Positions 1 through 10,300 of a stretch of DNA of 64,000 nucleotides are shown one piece after another (the stretch's first letter is position 1; every line of letters begins with the position of its first letter). The notes under the pieces were generated by a model. The model had not been told where the DNA came from. It did no database searches and worked only from the letters and a program-made list of their open reading frames with translations. Position numbers and translations under genes: made by a program. The stretch comes from a virus: positions 2,903 through 66,902 of the IMG/VR virus record IMGVR_UViG_3300022413_000352. One strand, 5' to 3'.

Positions 1-195
1 CCGGGTCAGCACCAGCTCGGCTCGTTCGGTTAGACTGTCCACATCTGGCCCCACAAAGACGCGATACTTCACCACTTCATCTGGCGGGATGGGCCGTCCG
101 TCTATCAACGTGGTAGACGGATTCCATGTCAGTGTTTGGGCTGCAACAGTACTGGCTACAAGCCCCGCGATAAGTAGCAGTATAATCGATTTCAA
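1..195 (-). CDS. Small secreted protein (FN3-like), truncated by window start
   Basis: TTG at 195 just after the stop of the 197-616 gene; reads MKSIILLLIAGLVASTVAAQTLTWNPSTTLIDG..YRVFVG (signal peptide plus FN3-like LTW/Y pattern); open to base 1. Confidence 0.6.
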   Translation of the reverse strand, partial: MKSIILLLIAGLVASTVAAQTLTWNPSTTLIDGRPIPPDEVVKYRVFVGPDVDSLTERAELVLTR

Positions 196-196
196 A

Positions 197-616
197 TTAC
201 GCATTCCCGTCAATGAGAATAAACGTGGTAATCGTAAACGCTTGAGCTGCTGTAAATTCTGTGGAATCCACTTCGATATCGCCACCACCAGACGTAGCTG
301 TTACATCCCCGCGCATATGGCATACTGTATCAGCACTGTTATGAATTTCAAAGTGAGCAACCGTTCCGGTAGCATCTGCGCTGGTGTCTTCCCATGTACC
401 CAACTTACCTTTTTGACCCGCTGTGGTTGCCCCGGCTGCTTCCAGCCAATCAGAAGGCAATGTCAAAGTGGCTAAGACAGTTCCAGATGATGCAGTGGCA
501 CAATCAGCCGGTTGTGCCCCTGTCCGCATCCGCAAAATAGGCGCAGTACCAATCGCCGTTTCAATCGCATCTAAACGGGCTTCACGTGTGGCAACGCCGA
601 GTTGTAAATTTGCCAT
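197..616 (-). CDS. Putative phage virion structural protein
   Basis: 139 aa, Ala/Thr/Gly-rich; GAQPADC..SGTVLATLTLP pattern typical of phage structural operons; co-oriented with tail genes. Confidence 0.55.
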   Translation of the reverse strand: MANLQLGVATREARLDAIETAIGTAPILRMRTGAQPADCATASSGTVLATLTLPSDWLEAAGATTAGQKGKLGTWEDTSADATGTVAHFEIHNSADTVCHMRGDVTATSGGGDIEVDSTEFTAAQAFTITTFILIDGNA

Positions 617-628
617 ATCAATCTCCAG

Positions 629-3600
629 TTAGTGTAAAATCACAGGGTTAATCCGACGCCGAGTGCCCGTAAACGCGCTAACATCTATATCAACCGTCGA
701 TCCAAGAGTGACCTGCGTCGTAGCCACTGGGTCACATGCAGATATTTCCCCAATAGTAACCCCTGGTGCATCCACTTGATCAATGGTGCCAACCACCAAC
801 CCAGCCGCTTCAATTGCCGCCTCACCTGCGGCTTGAGTGAGCCCGATACAGGTGGGAACTGCCACCGTCGCCGCTGCACTGATATTCAAATCGACAGCCG
901 ATCCGAGCACCACCACTGTCGTCGCCACCGGGCTCTGACTTGCCACTTCACCGACTGTGGTACCGGGCGCATCCACATCCGTTACAACACCCACAACCAA
1001 CCCGGCGGCTTCAATTGTGGAAGTCGCAGCCGCCTCAGTTGTGTCCACCACATCGGGAACTGCAACGGTTGAGACCTCATCAGGTGCCGTGCACTCGCTT
1101 CCAAGTGTACCATTCCAAAGGTTATTGGTGCACGTAGTGGCAGTAGGGGTGACGCCGTTCCCTTCTTCGATGATAATCACCGAATCAATATCAATCGAGC
1201 TTGTCAGATCGTTACCCTCGATCAATGTTCTCGTCACACGCCCCGTTACACGTACTGGCACGCTCCCCGTGATGACGTTATTGCGTATCACATTATCATT
1301 GACTGTGCTGGCTCCCAGGCTTTCTAGTGTCACCACATTATTACCCGTTCCAGTAATCGTTAACCCGGCCAATATTCCCCAGTCTTCCATTACGATGGTA
1401 AACCCGGAATTGATTGAGATCGTAACCGCTTCGCAATTATACGGCTTAACCGTAATTGGATTTGATGAGCTAGCGAACCCAAACTCGGCATCTGCTGTCA
1501 GTGTGTGCGTGCCAGCCCGTAATAAAAACACATCCCCACCGCTGGATGCGTCAAGTATGGTGGTCAGATTGTCACTTGTTTCAACTTGAGTGCCAGTCGT
1601 TTCACAACTCTCGTTATCCACCACACTTCCAGATGGACCCGTACTAATTTCAAATGTGACAATTGCCGGGGTAAATGCCAATGTGCCGCCTGCGGGATTT
1701 TGACTAATCACGAGACCTACAGCGACGCTTTCGCTACTAGCCTGAGTGACTGTACCGGTACTGAGTCCACTTACTGCGTTAATTGCCGAGGTAGCAGCAG
1801 CCTGAGTCAAGCCCACAACATCTGGAACTTCCGCAGTCATTCCGCCTGCCGTTGACGTATCATATGCCCCTTTATCGGGACCATCACCCAACCAAGGGCG
1901 ATGTACCCCTTTACCCGTCGAAAATGTAATAGTTGGAGTCACAGTGATCGTGGTAGCCGAAAGGCCCGTCACTCTTACCGTACTTGGAGTTGCATCTTCA
2001 ACTTGAATCGTATCGCCGACATGTAAATAAAATTGATCGTCATAGGTGAAATATTGCCGGGGATTACAGTCAACTGTAATCGTTGACGTATCTGTTCCAC
2101 CGCCGTCTGTAAGCATATAGAAATCACCGCTATCAATCGCGCCCGAACCAGATGCGAGACTAAAATCGTCCGTTGAGACGCCCGCAAACAGAGGATCACC
2201 AGTAGCACTCGTGGTGCCTTCACTTGTAGATGTCGTAAATGCAGCCAAATCAAGTGATGCAATGTCGGGATCACTACAAAACACCCCATCGGCAATCCCG
2301 TCTTCGTCCCATAAGTACAACGGGCGATCCCCGCTCACTGAATACAGATGATTACTTTTCAGCGTGACACTTCCCGGATCATCCATGTCCCATTGAGAAA
2401 TAGCACCCGGTGAATCCAATGTACCAACGAATATGTTGTTTCGGATATCAATATCAGACAACTCAAAGCTATTACCTGTGGGGAAACACTGACCTTTTAG
2501 CCACAACGGGCGGAAGGTGTTATATGCCACGTTACCAAAGTATACCAAGTCATGCGCCCCTTGAGACGCTTCAAAACCCGACCCTGAAGCCGACGATCCC
2601 AGTAGACCGGATGCCACATTGTGTAAGAATGAAATATGGTGGTTTCCCAACGGGCTATTCCCGCTTCCGCCACTAACCGCAAACGCCCGATCTGTTGTAC
2701 AGCCGTTCGCGCTTCCCGCATCTTGAACGGTATTACTTCTAATGATTACCAAATCCGTCAAAGTAGTGGAATCCCCGCCCACGTCAATCCCATCACATCC
2801 ACATTCAATTAGATTTCCCTCAACAAGCACGTTTTGTGAATTCTGGATTGCGATGGAATCAAGGTTTCCGGTTGAGGTATCGTGAGTAAACCGATTGTTG
2901 AGGATTTTAATGTCCTCAGCTTCCTGTACAAAAATACAAAAATCGCCGCCCGTATTTTGGAATACCGAGTTTTGGACAGTAATGTTATTGACTGAGTGGT
3001 CAGACAGTACCACGCAGGAATTCTTAGTGCCGTTGATGACAAGATTATCAAATAAAATGTGGTGAGATGAGTTGTAAGCCCCCACACCCTCGGTCCCTAT
3101 CGCATCAGAAACGGCAGCTCCCACGATCGATATGTCTTGTACATGTACATAGCTTGTGTTGCTCACATATATCACGGGCCAAAACGCATTTGGGTGGCTG
3201 AGTCCCGTCACATTAATAGTGACCGTGCCAGGTGTTTGGGCACGTAAAATAAACGGATCACCCGAAACCCCAGCTTGAGGCTCTGTAATATAAAGAAACT
3301 CAGGATAGGAGCCTGGACCCACGATCACTTGACCTGGTCCATTATGGCAATTAATACCGCGTTGTATCGTCTGAGCGGGTGTATTCTGACTCTCAATCAC
3401 CAAACAACTGCGAGTGTCATCCCCAGTCTCCTTTGATACCCAATGAGTGGTACCTGCGGGCTCTTCGGCTGGTGTTCCGACTGCTGTAAATTCCGCCAAC
3501 GCCGCAAACTCCCGACCGTTCACAGCATTAATTGCCTTAAACATGACATACCGACCGATTGTATCAGCAGGTAACGTCGTGACAAGAGATGTGGCGGTAT

Positions 3601-5443
3601 CCGATCCCGTATTCGTCGCATCAGGCGTTGGAGGAAACCCACTACCGGAGCTACTCACATAAATTTCAAAGTCAGCTACAACACCATTAAGATGCCCGCG
3701 CCTTGATACCGTGCCAATTTGTGTGAGTTCATACGTTGCGCCCAAATCGAAGACAACAAAATGCGGATACGGAATCGCACTCGGTGTATACCCTGAATGC
3801 CAATGAGTTAGGATATCCCCATCAAGGGCATTAGAGGCAGGTGCGGTTTCGCTCACCTCCTCTTGGCTACTTACCGAGAAAATAGACATACCACTCTGTG
3901 CAATAGTGTTAGGAATAACAACCACACCTGGATAAGCGCCCATATCAGTCCCTAAACTGTCGGCGTCAATTGCAGGTGATCCCGGATTAAGATTGAAGTC
4001 AGCCGGTTTATCCACAAATAATGGATCGGAATTGACATTCCCCGTACTTCCTGACAAGGAATTAAACGAAGTGAACGTTTGAATAACACCCGAAACATAA
4101 GGGCCATCACTCAAGCATAACCGCTCACGCAGCGTTCCTTCGTCAGTATTTAAAGGACAATCCCATACCCCAACATCAGTTGTGCCGTCTTTAAACATCA
4201 GATTGTTAAAAAACGTATTTCCACCAAGACTTAGCCGACCTCCCTCAACCCCTCCCATAATCGTGCCAGGGATTGATTCCGACCCAACCACCAATTGACC
4301 AAAGACATTGTTATATAATATATTATCGCGGAATTCGTTAAGCTCTGAACGGAAAAATGCAGCGCCCCATTGAGAGTTCAGATACATAACATTATGATGA
4401 ATAATATGATTATGTGTTGTAAATACATAAGTTGTGGCAGTTTGAAGACCTAATTGATTTTGGTATAACTGATTCTCTGTCACCTCCCATGCGTGACAAC
4501 GGCCATCGAGATAAACCCCCCGTGAGTGCCCGCTTACTATATTGCCTTTTACAAGACTATTATGCCCCGCTTCATTACACCAAATACCGTTAGCATCTCC
4601 CGTGTTCACAACAGCTACAGCTGCTGCTGTAATCGTGTTATTCTCGATTGTATGATACCCGTTGCGCCGCTGTGTACCGCCTGGGAATACCTCAACACCA
4701 CCGCTCTCAGCTACTTGAATCCCCACCATAATCGGGCGGGTAGGCGCAAAGTTGACAAACGATCCCCGTCCACCTGTGATCGTGTTGCCTCGTATAATAT
4801 TTCTGTAACTAGACAAGTTGTAAATATGATAGCCATATGTATCAATAAAGATATTATCGAGAATTTCAATATCCCGGACATTTTTCATAAGAACGGGAGC
4901 CATAAAGTTCTGAAAGTTGTTCCCCACATTCTGAAACGTATTCCCCACAATTTGAATATGATGAACGGTTGTGTCCATTGAATTCGCTGGTGCCCCCGTC
5001 TCACCAGGCGTGAAAAAGTTTACATCACCTTGATTCGATTCTGTATGCTCAATTTGAACCGCGTAGTTAGCAGGGGAATCTTTAAACGTAATACCCTCTA
5101 ACCTTACCCAGCTTGTGCCGTTCATAAACCGCCAAGCGCCTAGATATTGGCCCGCGTTGTCATTTTTGAAAAAGACGGTTCCAGTCTGGGGTTTTGGTTT
5201 AAATGTAATATAATTACCGGATGTTCCGCTTCGACTAACCGTTACCGACTCGGTATACGATCCGCCTACGATCTCAATTATATCACCCGCATTCGACGCA
5301 TCAGACGCTTGTTGAACGGTGCAAAACGGATCACCAATAGTTCCAACACCTGGACACGTATTCGCTTTATCCGCGTATAAGGTCGCAGCAAACCCGTAAC
5401 TCGGCAACACCAAAAGCGATAATATTACTAGCAGTACCGCCAT
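629..5443 (-). CDS. Large secreted multidomain protein: parallel beta-helix domains, F5/8 type C (discoidin) domain, three PASTA-like repeats
   Basis: Signal peptide (MAVLLVILSLLVLPSYGFA); Asn/Ile ladders of beta-helices; ASNALDGD..THWHS..VVFDLG discoidin motif; VPDVVGLTQAAA..V..Q.P.G PASTA-like repeats. Confidence 0.75.
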   Translation of the reverse strand: MAVLLVILSLLVLPSYGFAATLYADKANTCPGVGTIGDPFCTVQQASDASNAGDIIEIVGGSYTESVTVSRSGTSGNYITFKPKPQTGTVFFKNDNAGQYLGAWRFMNGTSWVRLEGITFKDSPANYAVQIEHTESNQGDVNFFTPGETGAPANSMDTTVHHIQIVGNTFQNVGNNFQNFMAPVLMKNVRDIEILDNIFIDTYGYHIYNLSSYRNIIRGNTITGGRGSFVNFAPTRPIMVGIQVAESGGVEVFPGGTQRRNGYHTIENNTITAAAVAVVNTGDANGIWCNEAGHNSLVKGNIVSGHSRGVYLDGRCHAWEVTENQLYQNQLGLQTATTYVFTTHNHIIHHNVMYLNSQWGAAFFRSELNEFRDNILYNNVFGQLVVGSESIPGTIMGGVEGGRLSLGGNTFFNNLMFKDGTTDVGVWDCPLNTDEGTLRERLCLSDGPYVSGVIQTFTSFNSLSGSTGNVNSDPLFVDKPADFNLNPGSPAIDADSLGTDMGAYPGVVVIPNTIAQSGMSIFSVSSQEEVSETAPASNALDGDILTHWHSGYTPSAIPYPHFVVFDLGATYELTQIGTVSRRGHLNGVVADFEIYVSSSGSGFPPTPDATNTGSDTATSLVTTLPADTIGRYVMFKAINAVNGREFAALAEFTAVGTPAEEPAGTTHWVSKETGDDTRSCLVIESQNTPAQTIQRGINCHNGPGQVIVGPGSYPEFLYITEPQAGVSGDPFILRAQTPGTVTINVTGLSHPNAFWPVIYVSNTSYVHVQDISIVGAAVSDAIGTEGVGAYNSSHHILFDNLVINGTKNSCVVLSDHSVNNITVQNSVFQNTGGDFCIFVQEAEDIKILNNRFTHDTSTGNLDSIAIQNSQNVLVEGNLIECGCDGIDVGGDSTTLTDLVIIRSNTVQDAGSANGCTTDRAFAVSGGSGNSPLGNHHISFLHNVASGLLGSSASGSGFEASQGAHDLVYFGNVAYNTFRPLWLKGQCFPTGNSFELSDIDIRNNIFVGTLDSPGAISQWDMDDPGSVTLKSNHLYSVSGDRPLYLWDEDGIADGVFCSDPDIASLDLAAFTTSTSEGTTSATGDPLFAGVSTDDFSLASGSGAIDSGDFYMLTDGGGTDTSTITVDCNPRQYFTYDDQFYLHVGDTIQVEDATPSTVRVTGLSATTITVTPTITFSTGKGVHRPWLGDGPDKGAYDTSTAGGMTAEVPDVVGLTQAAATSAINAVSGLSTGTVTQASSESVAVGLVISQNPAGGTLAFTPAIVTFEISTGPSGSVVDNESCETTGTQVETSDNLTTILDASSGGDVFLLRAGTHTLTADAEFGFASSSNPITVKPYNCEAVTISINSGFTIVMEDWGILAGLTITGTGNNVVTLESLGASTVNDNVIRNNVITGSVPVRVTGRVTRTLIEGNDLTSSIDIDSVIIIEEGNGVTPTATTCTNNLWNGTLGSECTAPDEVSTVAVPDVVDTTEAAATSTIEAAGLVVGVVTDVDAPGTTVGEVASQSPVATTVVVLGSAVDLNISAAATVAVPTCIGLTQAAGEAAIEAAGLVVGTIDQVDAPGVTIGEISACDPVATTQVTLGSTVDIDVSAFTGTRRRINPVILH

Positions 5444-5446
5444 ATC

Positions 5447-6271
5447 TTAAAACCCCAGTGATGTATATGTAGCTAACACCTGAATCACATACGCATCCGA
5501 TAGCGTTGTGTCAGATTCGCCAGCACCTGCAAGCATTTTTAGCTGAATCGTGAGCCTTGAATAGGCACCACATGTGCCCCCTGGGACAAGCGTCAAAGCT
5601 GTCCCCGCGTTTGACATCACCCATCTGTCTTTTGGCACACTGTCGAATTCAATTGTTGCTTTTTGAGCCGCGCCAAAGTTAATCGTGGCGAGATCAGATG
5701 CCGCATCTTCGCATTTTGCCCAGATATTAAAGTCTAAACTACCCGCTGGGGTTGTCCCATGGTTGATACCTTGTACCCATACATCGATATTAGTGCTCGC
5801 CTTCACATCTGCGCCAAGACCAACGCTTGAGGTTATTTTTCCGCTTGTACTTTTAGTAACGCAACTCACCACACGATGATCTGCAATCTCAGCATTTTGT
5901 GTGGTAATTGCTAATATTTCAGGTACTTCGCAAATCGTTCCATCCACCTCAAAAGACGCTGCTGAAAACGCAACGGGAACCTGTCGCTCATTTGTGATTC
6001 CGGCATCGATTGCCACCTCAAACCACTTCAGACCCGCACCCCGATCATCACAGACATATAACTCACTAGGGAGCACACCCGTTTTATCGAGTATCACAGT
6101 TGTACCGGATATACAAGGCTCAGCTGGTAGTGACGCCAAGTCAGCCGGAACTTTTGTGGACCCATCTGTATGGAAAATATTGCCTCGGATCATGAGCTGA
6201 GAGGGTGGCTGAGCAAACGCCAGAGACGCCAACAGAAGGCTAAGGCACGATATAATTACGGCTAGTTTCAC
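5447..6271 (-). CDS. Hypothetical secreted protein
   Basis: Likely GTG start at 6271 giving MKLAVIISCLSLLLASLAFAQ signal peptide; ORF track extends to 6355. Confidence 0.6.
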   Translation of the reverse strand: MKLAVIISCLSLLLASLAFAQPPSQLMIRGNIFHTDGSTKVPADLASLPAEPCISGTTVILDKTGVLPSELYVCDDRGAGLKWFEVAIDAGITNERQVPVAFSAASFEVDGTICEVPEILAITTQNAEIADHRVVSCVTKSTSGKITSSVGLGADVKASTNIDVWVQGINHGTTPAGSLDFNIWAKCEDAASDLATINFGAAQKATIEFDSVPKDRWVMSNAGTALTLVPGGTCGAYSRLTIQLKMLAGAGESDTTLSDAYVIQVLATYTSLGF

Positions 6272-6680
6272 ACCATTTACCCCCTGAAAAAGTGAATGAC
6301 GCATTGCTGTAGGGTCCGACAATGTCGATCTGAGCGTATGCGGCTGAATTGCCAATTTTAAAATTCCCAGTATCGTGCATAATATGGATTGTGTCGCCAG
6401 ATGCCGCCCAAATCGTAATGCGATTACCGTCGGTTGCCGCTGGGGTAGTAGTGATCGTGTCTAGGTTGTCCTCCACACCGCTCTCAGGGGCAATCACTAA
6501 GTCGTAAGCCCACAGCGAGCGCACTGTATCATCCCACCGCGCTTTGTCCACAAAGTTACCAGACCCGAGAGCGGATGGCGCGATCCCGTCAACCGTTGCG
6601 TTGGCGGTTGTCACTTCGGGACTTGCAAACGTTGCAGCACCTGTCGCGATTGTGAGACTTTTAGGAGTAAACCCAGCCAT
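6240..6680 (-). CDS. Putative tail-associated structural protein
   Basis: 146 aa; EDNLDTIT..G..I.I...D.G.N pattern; C-terminal WCETSR; lies in tail operon. Confidence 0.5.
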   Translation of the reverse strand: MAGFTPKSLTIATGAATFASPEVTTANATVDGIAPSALGSGNFVDKARWDDTVRSLWAYDLVIAPESGVEDNLDTITTTPAATDGNRITIWAASGDTIHIMHDTGNFKIGNSAAYAQIDIVGPYSNASFTFSGGKWCETSRNYIVP

Positions 6681-6683
6681 TCG

Positions 6684-6944
6684 TTATGCCTCCAGAGCAT
6701 CTAGCCGTGCTTCGATCGCCTCTAACCGCGCTTGCACGCTCGCATGTATCCCTGCCGGATCGTTGCCTAATTCCGCTGTAATCGATAAAGCATAAGCCCC
6801 TAGATCGTTCACCACTTCAGCATCAATCCGGTAAACACTGTCCGCGTCGGGATTGGCGGAATTCAGGAAAGTCTCTCGGGTATCGACACCGCCCGGCCAG
6901 GCTTGAGTACCGCCTGCAATCACACCGTCGCCTATTTTAGCCAC
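6684..6944 (-). CDS. Hypothetical tail-associated protein
   Basis: 86 aa; ITAELGNDPAG..SVQARL motif and C-terminal coiled coil. Confidence 0.5.
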   Translation of the reverse strand: MAKIGDGVIAGGTQAWPGGVDTRETFLNSANPDADSVYRIDAEVVNDLGAYALSITAELGNDPAGIHASVQARLEAIEARLDALEA

Positions 6945-7344
6945 TTGATTCTCCCACTACAATCATGAGTTCATCCGCATAAAAACCAGGGTTCTCTGGC
7001 ATCTGAACCAGTATCATACCTACCGATGGGGCTGTAAAATAAACACCGTCAACCCGAATGTCTAAGGGTAGAGGCACGTCATCCTGTATGACAAGAGGGG
7101 CAATATCAGGAAATGGATCGATTTGTATCATTGATTCCGCATTCGCCACGACCGGGTTGGGTGACGTCATGACACACTGGGTCTTCTCTGTCAACACCCC
7201 ATCCTTAACCGACCACCTGTTGACTTGTCGCATTGAGGGGTGAGCATCAGGAACACCGACTAGACAATCCATTTCCATACCGCCGGATACCCTAAAGATT
7301 TGGACAATTTTACCGCTTAACTTTTCGTATGCGATTATAGCCAT
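6937..7344 (-). CDS. Hypothetical protein
   Basis: 135-aa ORF tightly coupled downstream of the tail tip gene. Confidence 0.5.
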   Translation of the reverse strand: MAIIAYEKLSGKIVQIFRVSGGMEMDCLVGVPDAHPSMRQVNRWSVKDGVLTEKTQCVMTSPNPVVANAESMIQIDPFPDIAPLVIQDDVPLPLDIRVDGVYFTAPSVGMILVQMPENPGFYADELMIVVGESSG

Positions 7345-7350
7345 AACACC

Positions 7351-10300
7351 CTACTTTTTAGTAACAACGACCCGCATTTGAGCGGTTTGTAGCAATAGAT
7401 GAGTGGATGTACCGCCCCCAAATGCCAACGCTGTCACTTTCCACGTTTCTGACCCTCTACCCACTCCAACCACCTCGTTATACATCAGCGTGCATTCGGA
7501 CTCGATCCAGTCGTGAGTACCGACCACTCTCGTATCCTGAATACCCGTTTCGTCTCGAATATGAAACTGTAAAAATGTCGTAGAACCCGACTCAGTGGAC
7601 ACGCGGCAGCTTACCACTGCGGTGATTTGTAGGTGTTCACCCGCTGAAATGGCAGGGACTACAATGCTCACCACAGGGTCAAATAAGGGGCCAACCGGAA
7701 CAGATGTCGCAGTGTGTACGGTTTCTGCCCCAACGAATCCCGTGATGGCCCCGTTTGCAATTTTAATCGTGTCAACCGTTAAATCTTTGATATGAGAGGT
7801 TTCAACAATCTCATCATCAATCTGAGCAACATCTGTAATGATCAAAACACCGGACTGTATGTGATCCGCTGTAATCGTATCTGTTTCAATATGGCTGGCA
7901 TTCACGACACCCGTTTGTATTCCGGCTGCACTAACGCCACCCGCTATTGTGTCAAATTGTAAGACTCCATTTTCATCCCAAACCCGAAGCCCCCATGCAG
8001 TATTTCCAACCCCTAAATTACCCATTGCGACACGTAAGACTGGGGGGTCTTGTGCATCAAACGCACCAATTCGCTCTAGAGAGCCGCTTATCTTAAGAAA
8101 AGTCCCGACGCCTAAGGTGAGATCGGCTGTGATATTACCGGCTGTTAATTTGGCGGCAGTTAAGTCGGTGATATGGGCATCAACAATGGTTGCGTCTGCA
8201 ATTTGTGCGCTTGTTGTAATCAATTCACTCGTCGATAACCAACCCGAAGTAATACCACCCGCCGTGATATGGATTGCATCAATTTGTCCGGCTGCAATAT
8301 GATCTGCGAGTATTTCACCCGTTACGATGTTTTCGCCTTTAATCCCCTCGTTCTCAGCTAACGCGATCTTGATACCCGTCACTGTCCGATCAACAATATC
8401 GCTTCCTGTAATTGGGTCAAGACCCGGATCGCTCGTGGTACCTGAAACACCAGCCGTTGCGCCTGTTGGGAAAAATCCACCCAAATTACCAGACGTATCA
8501 ACCGGGCGAACCCAGAAAAACCACTCTTCATTGTTGTTAAGTGTTGAATTACCAGCATCGACATTGAAATTATAAAATGAGGTATTAGCAGCAGCCCTCC
8601 CGGATAGAAACGAATTGCTTCGATCGTTGGTTAAGGAAGCATGCACCTCAACATGGCTCAGATCAGCGTCAGACGGTGGAATAAAGTTTAAGATAATAGT
8701 ACGTAAATAGCCGTTGGCACTAAGAGAAGTCACATCCCCCGGCGGGGTAGCATCCCCTGCGGTCTGTATAATCACCTCGGCGCTAAAATCGGAGACATTC
8801 CGAATCCGATCAGATGCCGCAATCGATACACCCACTTCGGTAAGCCCCGGAACTGGCGATATCCGATACGATGTACCCTCAACCGATCCAATCGTATAAA
8901 GCCGCTCAGTAGGTACCGCACCAAACCGATAGTTAACCTGATAATGGACGTCCGACCCCTCAGGATCAGTTGACGCATCCCAGTTGATATCCACAAATGA
9001 TATCTGCGCCCCGTCTGCCTGTATTTCTGCCCCTGCGGTAAGCGTCACACCAGTCGGCACTGACGGTGGTAGGGCATCCAATTGCCCAGCACCCAGCCCA
9101 TTAGGCATAAAGGATACGGTTGGCGTCCATAGCGCCACTGGGGACAGCCCGAATGGGTCATACGCCCGCATCCGTACAAAATAAGTCAAGGCAGAATCAA
9201 GATCCGTAAGTTCAGTCTTCGTCGCCTTACCGTCAATCGTCTTGTAGACGGTATTGGGCGGAGACGTGGTTTCAAGTAAAATATCATATCGATCAATGTC
9301 GGTCGGTGGGTTGAATGCCGACCAATCAAGTTGTGCCGCTGACAATAACGGTCTGACCACTGGGGTATGGCTACTCATGTCAACCGCTTGGTTGAGGATC
9401 GCCAGCTGAGCGTAAGTTGAGGATTCAACATCCACATTACTGATCGCCCACACCCGAAACACAATGGCTCGGTGTGGATACGTAAACCCGATACGGATCG
9501 AATCGTCCAGGTTCAAAGATTTGGGGTAGTTGAAAGATTTCGAGGTGACAATGTCTTCATGTAGTAAAGCAGAGCCAGTACCCGTCCAGACCTGGACACG
9601 GTAACGGTTAACGAATAGTACCGCTTGACCTTCCTCAAATCCGGCTGGCGCACCCCAGCGGAATTGGACGTCCTCACCGATATACTCAACACTACCGGTA
9701 TCAAACAGCCCATCATCGGCTAGCCCTGCCTCAACAAAAGTGCCCGCCTCATTTTTGACAAACAGTTGGACATTCTGGGGCGGACCAGGCGCAAACTCAG
9801 TAGCAGCGCCACCGTGTACATGCAGGATAATATTATAATAACCGACGTTGTTCGGAGTATTGATCCCTGAGACGGGTATGATCCGATATTCATACGTTAA
9901 CCCCGGAATAACGGTCGAGTCGCTATAGTTAAACCCTTGAGTAAAACCAATCCGAGAGTACCCACCTGTCAACTCATCGAGCGGATTCATGTCCTCTGCA
10001 AATGTCGCGATCGCCGTCTGGATATTCCCCGCAAGTCCACCCTGTAAAATCTCTCGACGCAGGATGATCGCCCCACCGTATGGGGCATAGCGTCCCTGTG
10101 CGCCAATATCCCATGATAAGAGCACAACGCTTTGTCTAGCACCTGTGCCTAGGCTTTGTAGATTCTCGACCGCTGTAGCACTTACAATCGGCGGAGGTGG
10201 CCCCTGAAGTCGCGGCAAGTTACTGGTAGGCAGAACGGGCCCGGGTGGCTCATTACCGTAAACAAACGAGTTGTGATGCACGCCGGACAACCGCACCCAT

